From assembly GCA_965218205.1 (NCBI GenBank), contig OZ244590.1, positions 1,064,640 to 1,128,639 of the forward strand: a stretch of DNA of 64,000 bases, given 5' to 3'. Position 1 is the first letter of the stretch. Each line of letters opens with the position of its first letter. The DNA comes from Spirochaetia bacterium (lineage in GTDB: Bacteria > Spirochaetota > Spirochaetia > WTKD01 > G963693115). Positions 42,832-51,358 of the stretch are shown here, in pieces. A model generated the notes under the pieces. It did not search any database and was not told the DNA's origin. It saw only the letters and a list, made by a program, of their open reading frames with translations. The translations under genes and the position numbers were made by a program.

Positions 42832-43644
42832 ATGATAGAACAAATATTTAGCTTAAAAGGGAAAAAAGCCATTGTAACAGGAGCAACAGGGTCTATTGGA
42901 TATGCTTGTGTGCAAGCACTACTGTCTTTTGGAGCTTCGGTGCTTATAGTAGGAAGAAAGAAAGAAAAACTTATTGAGGTAGAACAGCGTCTACAAAAGG
43001 ATATGCTACAAACATCTACTCATCAGACTGTTCATCAGAATAGGGTACAGATACAACCTCATCAGCTTGATTGTAACGATATAGCTGCAATGAAAAATTT
43101 TTTTTCCAACCACAATGATGCAGACATCTTTGTCAATAGTGTAGGCACTAATATACCAAAGCCTTTGCTTGAAATGAGCGAACAAGACTATGACACGCTT
43201 ATGGACACAAATGTAAAAAGTGCTTTTTTTCAAACACAATGTTTTGTAGCAGCAAAGACAGAAAAAGAAAAAAGAACTACTCAGTCATCTCCTGCATCGA
43301 TTATTCACATATCTTCACAGATGGGATTTGTAGGAGGCGATGAGCGTAGCATATATTGTGCAAGTAAACATGCCATGCAAGGTATGTGTAAAGCCATAGC
43401 CTTAGAAATAGGAAAGTGGAATATGCGTATCAATACTATTTGCCCTACCTTTATTGAGACAGAACTTACACGCTCTACGCTTGTCGATGCAGAGAAACGA
43501 AAAAAAATAACCCAATCTATTGTCTTTGACCGTTTAGGAGAACTACAGGACATATACGGAGCAGTAGTATACTTAGCTTCTGATGCCTCTCGTTTAGTAA
43601 CAGGCACTGCAATAACAGTAGATGGCGGATGGACAGCACGATAA
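42832..43644 (+). CDS. SDR family oxidoreductase
   Basis: TGATGSIG, YCASK catalytic motif, VDGGW. Confidence 0.93.
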   Translation: MIEQIFSLKGKKAIVTGATGSIGYACVQALLSFGASVLIVGRKKEKLIEVEQRLQKDMLQTSTHQTVHQNRVQIQPHQLDCNDIAAMKNFFSNHNDADIFVNSVGTNIPKPLLEMSEQDYDTLMDTNVKSAFFQTQCFVAAKTEKEKRTTQSSPASIIHISSQMGFVGGDERSIYCASKHAMQGMCKAIALEIGKWNMRINTICPTFIETELTRSTLVDAEKRKKITQSIVFDRLGELQDIYGAVVYLASDASRLVTGTAITVDGGWTAR

Positions 43645-43676
43645 GGAAGCTTATTTATTTTTTCTCATAGATATTT

Positions 43677-44076
43677 TTTTTGAGGCTGGCATGGATAAGC
43701 AAAATCATAGACCCAAGTCTGGCCAGGATGTTTATTAGATTTTTGACACTATATTAAAAAGAATTGCGAATATTGAAGTAAATCCTGCTATGGTGAGAGC
43801 AAAGTGAATGCCCATGATCCAGTAAACCGTTTTGAAATTTCCGTTAATATTATTCATTTTTTTTACGAGTAAATCGTACTGAGTTACTGGCTTGCTTAAT
43901 GACCCATCATCTGTTTTTTTCTTTTCATCTTTCATACTTCTATTATCGCATATTTTTATTTTTTATGTTAGAGTTTTGGACCCTTGTAGCTCTGATTTTT
44001 TTGCTGCTCCTGCTCGATATGTTGTCTTTCAAGTTGGGGCTGTTTTTCCTCTCTAATTTTTTTCTCATAGATATTT
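43677..44076. mobile_element. 400-bp insertion flanked by a 19-bp direct repeat
   Basis: TTTTTTCTCATAGATATTT occurs at 43658-43676 and 44058-44076. Confidence 0.6.
43735..43935 (-). CDS. Small C-terminally anchored membrane protein (Bdr/XhlA-like architecture)
   Basis: 66 aa; charged N-terminus then YWIMGIHFALTIAGFTSIFAILF TM segment. Confidence 0.55.
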   Translation of the reverse strand: MKDEKKKTDDGSLSKPVTQYDLLVKKMNNINGNFKTVYWIMGIHFALTIAGFTSIFAILFNIVSKI

Positions 44077-45088
44077 CTCTTTCTATGAGAGCAAAAATAT
44101 CATAGCCAAACTGTTTTAGTATATCAAGTATATCTATCATCACCCAATTTTCCACAAGACGATTTTCTTCTCGTCTCCATATATCAACAACACGCAGCGT
44201 AATCTTTGTATTGCTTGCAGTCAATCCAAGCCATCCATCACCAGTATGAGACGCATACATAGAAGGAAACCCAAAGTCGCATACATAGTTTCCTTCTGCT
44301 AGCTGTGCTGTATACGGAGTCTCTGCTTTTGGGAGTATACCTCTATCAGGAAATGCAGTGAGAAATGGAACTTGATGATACTTTTGAAACCCCTTCAATC
44401 CGCGTGTAGTGCCTATCCCAGAAGGGCCGTACCACATCATGTTTTTTGTATCCCAGAAACGCTCTTGCCCCATCGAATCAAGACTGTTTCCATCATAGGA
44501 AAGCAATCCATCAAGCATAGCATTTACCAAATTAAGAGAAGTCATGCTTTCTTTTTCGCTGACTTCATAAAGGATAATGCCGTCCTGTGTCATTGGTGCT
44601 GCAGTTACAATCTCAGCTCCCCGTTGTGGTAATAGTTGTAACCCTGCTTGTCTCATGATAGCAAGAGAGTCAATAAAATACCATGCTTTTTGTATACGCC
44701 CATTTTGTAGTATATAATGAGCATGAAAGCGAATCCATGTTGCTTGTTGAGTAGCAGGAACAGTAAACCAATCTCGTGCAAATGTACCTATCATGTTTCC
44801 TGCACAACATACACATTCCATATCTTTGTATACATCACCAAACAAAAGATACGGCTGAATTTCTAGATCAGGAAATGAATAGCTGAGAGTATGCCAAAAG
44901 TGAGTCATATGTTCCTCTATGCCTTTTTGAGGAGCATGAGAAAAAGGCTCAGTAGCGTAGCTTTCACTATCATGTGCCATATATGCTTGTAATGTTTCTG
45001 CGGTATATGTGCCATTTTCTAAGGCACGGTTTATATCTTGTATACATGAATACACAGTCTGTTTGTTATGTAATATATGTTGTTTCAT
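43943..45088 (-). CDS. Tandem SnoaL/NTF2-like ester cyclase family protein
   Basis: MMWYGPSGIGT, FLTAFPDR, RVVDIWRRE..LVENWVMID; start moved to ATG 45088. Confidence 0.8.
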   Translation of the reverse strand: MKQHILHNKQTVYSCIQDINRALENGTYTAETLQAYMAHDSESYATEPFSHAPQKGIEEHMTHFWHTLSYSFPDLEIQPYLLFGDVYKDMECVCCAGNMIGTFARDWFTVPATQQATWIRFHAHYILQNGRIQKAWYFIDSLAIMRQAGLQLLPQRGAEIVTAAPMTQDGIILYEVSEKESMTSLNLVNAMLDGLLSYDGNSLDSMGQERFWDTKNMMWYGPSGIGTTRGLKGFQKYHQVPFLTAFPDRGILPKAETPYTAQLAEGNYVCDFGFPSMYASHTGDGWLGLTASNTKITLRVVDIWRREENRLVENWVMIDILDILKQFGYDIFALIEREISMRKKLERKNSPNLKDNISSRSSKKIRATRVQNSNIKNKNMR

Positions 45089-45098
45089 AGTATTGTCC

Positions 45099-46151
45099 TT
45101 ATATTTTGTTTCGGTATAATTGACACAATGTATCAAATGCATCGTACACAAGCCATTCTTGAGTAATGCTATTGTTTACAATTTCTATATGATGAATCCC
45201 TAGAGTATTAGTACTCATATCTGTTGCAGTGCCAAATACCTGTGAATCATGAGCATGCACGCCTTTTAGTCGCCATCGTATTGCTATTTCAGTTTTTTCT
45301 CCATAGAAAGTAGCAGTAATTTGGTGTATACTCAAGGCTTTCTCTTCAAACGGTGAGAGCAATGTACTCCACAGATACTTTCTTTGTTCTGGAGAACGAT
45401 AGGAACTATCGCATATGCCATTGCTTATAGCATCATCATGATAAAAAGAATCGATTGATTGGTTGTTACTAATAGCTTTGTACAAAGACATAACAAAATC
45501 AATAGTTGCCTCATCAGTATCGTGAGTCGTGTACTGGCTGTACTGTATAGGGGTACAGCCATCGTCATATGCAAGTACATCTATGGCATTGTAGCGGGTA
45601 TCTTGTGTTGCCATATGTATGGGATCAAAGCCAAGTTGTTGTACAACAAACAAGTTATCGCGCACAAGCCATTCTTCATAAATACTATTATCTTTTGCAA
45701 GGCAATCTGCTATAGTACGAAAATGGATATGCTTTTCTGTTGGCTTTCCATATACAGTAGCACCAGTATTTGTAGCAGTTGAGAAAATTCTATGGGACGA
45801 AAAAAAACGCTGCTCGTCACTACTAGCGAGAGATTCTTTGCTAGCACAAGTACTATCGTGATAATGAGCCCATATAACAGATTCTGCTCCCATTGTTCTA
45901 TCAGGAAAAGAATACAGTGTTTTTAATGTTCCTTCTATCACTTGATCTAATCCACGTATAGTTCTTGCTCCACTATGTATAGCAATATCTTTATCATAGG
46001 TATCATATAAAAGCCAAATAGCTCTCTTTTCCCAAATCTGTTCGGTAATATCAAGTATATAATGAGGAAAATTGGTATATATATCCTTAAAGCCCGGAGG
46101 GGTACTGTAAGAGCCTAGCCGCTTTTGATGTAGATATTCTCGTATAATCAT
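45099..46151 (-). CDS. Tandem SnoaL/NTF2-like protein
   Basis: YILDITEQIWE, SFPDR, FFSSHR, EEWLVRD, ITQEWLVYD; start moved to ATG 46151. Confidence 0.8.
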   Translation of the reverse strand: MIIREYLHQKRLGSYSTPPGFKDIYTNFPHYILDITEQIWEKRAIWLLYDTYDKDIAIHSGARTIRGLDQVIEGTLKTLYSFPDRTMGAESVIWAHYHDSTCASKESLASSDEQRFFSSHRIFSTATNTGATVYGKPTEKHIHFRTIADCLAKDNSIYEEWLVRDNLFVVQQLGFDPIHMATQDTRYNAIDVLAYDDGCTPIQYSQYTTHDTDEATIDFVMSLYKAISNNQSIDSFYHDDAISNGICDSSYRSPEQRKYLWSTLLSPFEEKALSIHQITATFYGEKTEIAIRWRLKGVHAHDSQVFGTATDMSTNTLGIHHIEIVNNSITQEWLVYDAFDTLCQLYRNKI

Positions 46152-46158
46152 ATATATA

Positions 46159-47160
46159 TTATACCAATTCTTTACAACGAGCAAAGACATCAAGCCCTTG
46201 TTGTAATAGCCAGTAAGGAATATCAATAAACACCCAGTTTTCTGCAAGTTTATCATGTTCTCTGCGGTATATGTCCACAACACGCATATCAGCAGGCTTT
46301 GAAGCAGGAAGCCCTAGAAACCCGCCAGTAGGAGTGTTGGTTAAGTTAGGCCAGCCAAAGAAACCTGCGTACTGTCCTTCTGCAAAACGACATACGTGAC
46401 CATTAAATGTTTTGTCTTTTAGATTTTTGCGAAAAGGGTATTGATGTTGTTTTTGAAACAGAGGAATAGTATAGGTTGCTCCAATGCCTGTTGGACCGTA
46501 CCATATCATATCTTTATGCCATGTTCTCTCCAAATAATCAGGATTGCATTCATCATTTCCTGTTTTATTGAGTGTATCTAAATCATCAATCATAGTGTTA
46601 AGAAGATTGAGTGTTTTTTCTCCTTCTTCTGGATCTTGTGTTTTGTAAAGCAGTCCATCATGGGTACGGGGACCTGGATAGAGAAATGAAGCTCCCGTTT
46701 GCATAGGAAGAGGGTATATGCCTGACTGTTGCATAACATCGATCATATCACAGAAAAATGCACTTTGGGTAATACTATCGTTTTCAACACAATGAAACTC
46801 AGCATAACGAAGAAAGGTCATTGCATTGTTGGACGGAATACCTAGCCACTCTGCTTGTCGTATTCCTAAAAAATGTCCCATACTGATAGTCCATATTTTG
46901 TTATCGTATATGTTTTTTCCTGCAATAAAAACATCTTGTCGCCTTTGTACATGAGACCAAGAAGCATAGAACGGCTGCCAGAATAGTTCTATTACCTGTT
47001 GTCTATCGTTTTGCTTGTTAAATGGATGCACTCCATACCATGTATATGCTTGTGATACATATTTTTGAACTATTGATGCCACTGTATCTTGTGTAGCTGT
47101 TTCTAATTCTGTATAGTACGAAAGTACTAATTGTTTTGCATGTTCAATACTCACAGACAT
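46159..47160 (-). CDS. Tandem SnoaL/NTF2-like ester cyclase family protein
   Basis: MIWYGPTGIG, FFGWPNL, MRVVDIYRRE..LAENWVFID; paralogue of 43943-45088. Confidence 0.8.
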   Translation of the reverse strand: MSVSIEHAKQLVLSYYTELETATQDTVASIVQKYVSQAYTWYGVHPFNKQNDRQQVIELFWQPFYASWSHVQRRQDVFIAGKNIYDNKIWTISMGHFLGIRQAEWLGIPSNNAMTFLRYAEFHCVENDSITQSAFFCDMIDVMQQSGIYPLPMQTGASFLYPGPRTHDGLLYKTQDPEEGEKTLNLLNTMIDDLDTLNKTGNDECNPDYLERTWHKDMIWYGPTGIGATYTIPLFQKQHQYPFRKNLKDKTFNGHVCRFAEGQYAGFFGWPNLTNTPTGGFLGLPASKPADMRVVDIYRREHDKLAENWVFIDIPYWLLQQGLDVFARCKELV

Positions 47161-47163
47161 AAA

Positions 47164-48195
47164 TCATCCTTTTACTGCCCCTGCAGAGAGGCCTTTTACA
47201 AGATATTTCTGAAAGAATATAATGATGAAAATAATAGGGATGGTAATAGAAATTGATGCTGCTGCTGCAATAGTACGATATGCTGCATCTTCTCCGCTTG
47301 TATATGATGCAATAGCTACAGGGAGAGTCCAGTTTGATTGAAGAAGCAAACGACCAAGTAAAAATTCATTATAGGCTAAAAGCAAGGTAAAGAGGCTAGT
47401 GGTAATAATACCAGGCCACGATATAGGGATAATAACTCTCCAAAAAGCAGTAAATCTACTCGCTCCATCAATTAACGCTGCTTGTTCAATTTCCTTTGGT
47501 ATTTCCATAAAAAAGCTACGAAGCATCCAAATAGTGAAAGGCTGATTTACCGCAACAAGCACGAGTATCATCAAAAGATGAGTGTCATAGAGTCCTGTAA
47601 TCTGTCCTACATAATAGAAAGGAAGCCCAAAAGCAGTGCGAGGTAAGGCACGAAAACTCAAGGCTACTATGAGTATAATAGTACTCATTATTCCTTTGTA
47701 GCGAGAAAGTGCATAGCCTCCAAAACATCCAATAGTAATGGATATACACAAAGTAAATACTGTGATAATAATACTGTTGATAAGGTATCCATAAAACTTT
47801 GATACAGTAACAAACAAAGGAGTAATAGCAATCATGATAATGATGATACTTGTAATGATGATCCCCATAGTTGTATTTGAAAGTATCTGTTTTTTGCGGT
47901 TATATTGATATAGTATAATACATGCTATCAGTAAGATAATACTTGTTATCCCAACAGGCATAAATTCGGCTACAGGTTCTTGGTATGCAGAACCACGTAC
48001 AAGAAGCCAGAGTTTTGCAAAATTATATGGAGTAGGCATAAAGCCCCATATACTTGGCACTATCTTATTTGCTTCTACTGGAAATTTAATTGCAGTGAGC
48101 AATGCCCATAAAAAAGGAAGCAAGCACAGTATAGATACTATCACTAATATGAGATGAATAAGGATACGAAGATATATGTTTTTTACTTTATCGAT
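47164..48195 (-). CDS. Carbohydrate ABC transporter permease (MalG-like)
   Basis: EIEQAALIDGAS EAA loop; the frame stays open upstream of GTG 48144 to an ATC at 48195 that has a strong SD. Confidence 0.88.
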   Translation of the reverse strand: MDKVKNIYLRILIHLILVIVSILCLLPFLWALLTAIKFPVEANKIVPSIWGFMPTPYNFAKLWLLVRGSAYQEPVAEFMPVGITSIILLIACIILYQYNRKKQILSNTTMGIIITSIIIIMIAITPLFVTVSKFYGYLINSIIITVFTLCISITIGCFGGYALSRYKGIMSTIILIVALSFRALPRTAFGLPFYYVGQITGLYDTHLLMILVLVAVNQPFTIWMLRSFFMEIPKEIEQAALIDGASRFTAFWRVIIPISWPGIITTSLFTLLLAYNEFLLGRLLLQSNWTLPVAIASYTSGEDAAYRTIAAAASISITIPIIFIIIFFQKYLVKGLSAGAVKG

Positions 48196-49053
48196 TTAAC
48201 GTTCCTCCTTTTGCTGTTTATAGGTAATAACAAGAAATGGTATAAGTACTACTAAAATTCCTATGACAGTAATAATAGACACAGCATTTGCTTTTCCTAA
48301 TCGTTGTACAGCAGTAGCTATCTTAAAATTATAGTACATAATAGTATCTACCTTAAAAGCAGGGTTACTCCGTGACATAACTATAATGCTATCAAATATA
48401 CGATACGCGTCCATAATAGAGACTAATGATACAAATACAATGAGAGGACTAAGATGAGGAATAACAACATGTTGTATTTTCTTAAAAATATTTGCTCCAT
48501 CTATTTTTGCAGCTTCCATTGTTTCTCGTGGAAGCGTTTGCAGTCCTGCAAAAAATGTTATCATTGCAAAGGGGGTAACATACCATATGCCATGCGTAAT
48601 AATAAGAAAACGTACAGTGTTAGTTGTGAGAATAAAATCATAATTGAAGAAATCTAACAGAAAATAATATAATCCTCCTCTATCAAACATGTTTCTAAAC
48701 ATTAAAGTACCAACAACAGGAGTAATAATAAAAGGAATAAGAATAGCTGCTACATACCATCCGCGTCCTTTCTTTATTTGATCTACCAACAAGGCAAGAA
48801 AAAAACCAAGTAATAATTCAAAAGGGATAGTAATACAAATAAAGAGGAGAGTAAATCGAAAAGAACTCCAGAAGTCTGGATCTTGTATTATTTCTATGTA
48901 GTTTCTTAGTCCTATAAACTGAGGCTGATCAAGTGTAGCATAGGTAAGGTAGTTAAAGCTTAGCCATATAGCAGTGAACAATGGTATTATCATCATGAGA
49001 GTCATAACAATAAGGCTTGGTGATATAAATTTTAGGAAAGTTGTTCTTTTCAC
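48196..49053 (-). CDS. Carbohydrate ABC transporter permease (MalF-like)
   Basis: FIGLRNY, MEAAKIDGA EAA loop. Confidence 0.92.
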   Translation of the reverse strand: MKRTTFLKFISPSLIVMTLMMIIPLFTAIWLSFNYLTYATLDQPQFIGLRNYIEIIQDPDFWSSFRFTLLFICITIPFELLLGFFLALLVDQIKKGRGWYVAAILIPFIITPVVGTLMFRNMFDRGGLYYFLLDFFNYDFILTTNTVRFLIITHGIWYVTPFAMITFFAGLQTLPRETMEAAKIDGANIFKKIQHVVIPHLSPLIVFVSLVSIMDAYRIFDSIIVMSRSNPAFKVDTIMYYNFKIATAVQRLGKANAVSIITVIGILVVLIPFLVITYKQQKEER

Positions 49054-49111
49054 AATAATAGTATTATGCTAGCATATGTATATTGTTCTCTCATACAGTT
49101 AGTACTAAGGA

Positions 49112-49151
49112 TATAAGTGTACTGTCAATTATGTACGGCAATACACTTATA
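49112..49151 (-). terminator. Intercistronic stem-loop after the solute-binding protein gene
   Basis: TATAAGTGTA (49112-49121) and TACACTTATA (49142-49151) form an inverted repeat. Confidence 0.6.
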
Positions 49152-49163
49152 ATACAATATGTG

Positions 49164-50468
49164 TTACAGTACCCCTTGTTGGGTAGCTTCTTTTCTATAT
49201 GCATCAGCCATCTCGTTGAGTAGTCCTTGAATATCATCTCTTCTGTTAATTGCCTGTGGAAGATAGTTATCTGCTATTGCTATAGCAATAGGATTACCAG
49301 CATGAGTGCTTGTCACTGCACCTCCTTCACTAATTGATTGTAACGCTGCTTTAGTATAGCGTACATCTTGTCTTGCTTCTGATACTTTGTTTCTTGTCAT
49401 AAGAGAGTAGTCTGCCCCACGTTTTTGTGATTCAAAATCTGTGGCTTCTGCAATAACACGAAAAATATATTCTGGATCTACCGTTGTGTTTACAGGAATC
49501 ATATAGTAATCAGCAGTAGCAGGAGCAGCTCTTTTTCCTGAGGGACTTACACGTGGTGCTGGAGCAAAGCCAATTCTCCCAACAAACTGAGATTTTGTAG
49601 GATCGTCCATATTTGCAGCACGGGAAGTCCATGTTGTTGCAGATGCAAGGCGACCAGTCTCAAGTCCAATCTCTACATCGTCAATACTCCAAGAAAGGCC
49701 TTCTTTTCCCATTGTAGCATCAGCAATGTCAAGTATCATTTCTAATGCAGCAACTCCTTCTTTGCTATTAAAAAGAGGTTCTCCTTCATCACTGAGCCAT
49801 TGTCCTTCAAAGGCATTGAGAAAATTGATAAACTCAATACGCCATGCCCATCCAGCATGGAGATTAATTGCAAAAGGAAGATCAACATCGGCATCTTTTA
49901 GTTTTTTTGCAGACGCAATGACATCAGCATATGTTTCTGGTACACTGATATTATATTCTTCAAAAATATCCATATTATAGAAATAATGCATAGAATTAGC
50001 AGTAAAAGGAATACCATAAATCTTTCCGTCAGGAGAAGTAAGAGTATAGAGAGTATCACTAATATCACCAAAATCATATACATCTTTATATTTTTCAATG
50101 TAATCATCAAGAGCAAGAATCTGTTTATTTATTGCTAACTCAGTGAGAAATGTTGCATCTCCTTGTATGATCTCATACGGAGATTTTCCGCCACCTGCTA
50201 ATGCCAAACGTACTTGTTCTCGCACACTTTGAGAATCTAAGAGCTGAGTGCTTACCGTTAATTTATCTACAGAGTTGAACGATTCAAGCTCTTCTGCAAA
50301 AAATTCGGTAACAGGAAAGCGCCACCCAATCATGTTGATTGTTGTTGCTGTTTCTGGTACTAGTACTAATGTTTCAGTACTATCTGATGTATTCTCGTTG
50401 TTGCCTCCTGCAAATAATACAGTAGATACAAGAGAGAATAACACTACATAAAAAGTAATATTTTTCAT
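49164..50468 (-). CDS. Sugar-type ABC transporter solute-binding protein
   Basis: Signal ending in LFAGG; DGKIYGIPF..YNMDIF...PETY SBP_bac_1 pattern; start moved to ATG 50468. Confidence 0.9.
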   Translation of the reverse strand: MKNITFYVVLFSLVSTVLFAGGNNENTSDSTETLVLVPETATTINMIGWRFPVTEFFAEELESFNSVDKLTVSTQLLDSQSVREQVRLALAGGGKSPYEIIQGDATFLTELAINKQILALDDYIEKYKDVYDFGDISDTLYTLTSPDGKIYGIPFTANSMHYFYNMDIFEEYNISVPETYADVIASAKKLKDADVDLPFAINLHAGWAWRIEFINFLNAFEGQWLSDEGEPLFNSKEGVAALEMILDIADATMGKEGLSWSIDDVEIGLETGRLASATTWTSRAANMDDPTKSQFVGRIGFAPAPRVSPSGKRAAPATADYYMIPVNTTVDPEYIFRVIAEATDFESQKRGADYSLMTRNKVSEARQDVRYTKAALQSISEGGAVTSTHAGNPIAIAIADNYLPQAINRRDDIQGLLNEMADAYRKEATQQGVL

Positions 50469-50613
50469 AATAACCCTCATAATGTTTTTTATATAGTATA
50501 CTATAATATTAAAAAAATTTTTAGTAAATACAATAGGTAAATTAATTATATACAATGATACTGTAATTCCGTATAATAATCATATGATTACCACATAAAA
50601 AAGGAGTAATGCT

Positions 50614-51063
50614 ATGAGAAACATTTTGTTGTTATGGTGTATGTTTGCACCGTTTTTATTTAGTTGTGTGTCTCTGTCTGAATCTGATATAGCTATTGAT
50701 TATGGAGAACAAAGATTGATAACGAAAGAAGGGGCATCAGTAAATGAACTATACATACTGACTCATGAATTTTTACTGTTTCATATAAGTGATGCCGAAG
50801 TGAATGTAGAGTTTTTTGATAAAGAAGATGGCAAGATAATAGGTAATTACAATGTAAAAATAGTGAATGACAGTGTCTACACAGATTCTGTAGTGTATTA
50901 TAACTATACTTATAATATTGATATAAGAGATGGCAAAATACACGCTAGCATTAAAGGGATAGCAAGACGGGTTGATGCTACGCTCATTCAGTTTTGTACT
51001 GATTTTCTTGATGCTTTAGAGGAGTATATTCATAATCATTCTATTATAGATAGGTTTGTGTAG
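50614..51063 (+). CDS. Lipoprotein (DUF4468-like)
   Basis: Lipobox FLFSC; NELY...DKEDGKIIG pattern; AAGGAG RBS. Confidence 0.6.
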   Translation: MRNILLLWCMFAPFLFSCVSLSESDIAIDYGEQRLITKEGASVNELYILTHEFLLFHISDAEVNVEFFDKEDGKIIGNYNVKIVNDSVYTDSVVYYNYTYNIDIRDGKIHASIKGIARRVDATLIQFCTDFLDALEEYIHNHSIIDRFV

Positions 51064-51274
51064 TTTTTTCTGTTAAGATGTTGCACATGCAGATTAAAGC
51101 ATTGTAAGTACATTAGTACTGCGATACAGCAAAAAAGAGCAAAAAAAACAAAAAAGGGAGTATTTTTACTATATCATGCATACCTTTTATAAAACTCAAT
51201 TCAAATATTTTATGTAAATAGCACCTAAAATGGAGAGTAACAGGCTATTTTTTAAGAAAATAGGTGTTATAGTA

Positions 51275-51304
51275 TTGATTTTTTTTTTTTTTTAATTATA
51301 TAAT
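51275..51304 (+). promoter_or_regulatory. Promoter with T15 tract (18-bp spacer)
   Basis: TTGATT (51275-51280) ... TATAAT (51299-51304); T run at 51279-51293. Confidence 0.7.
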
Positions 51305-51358
51305 ATAGTCATATTTGTTCAAAATTTAAGTGTTAAATTTGAAAAAAAGGAGTAGAAT

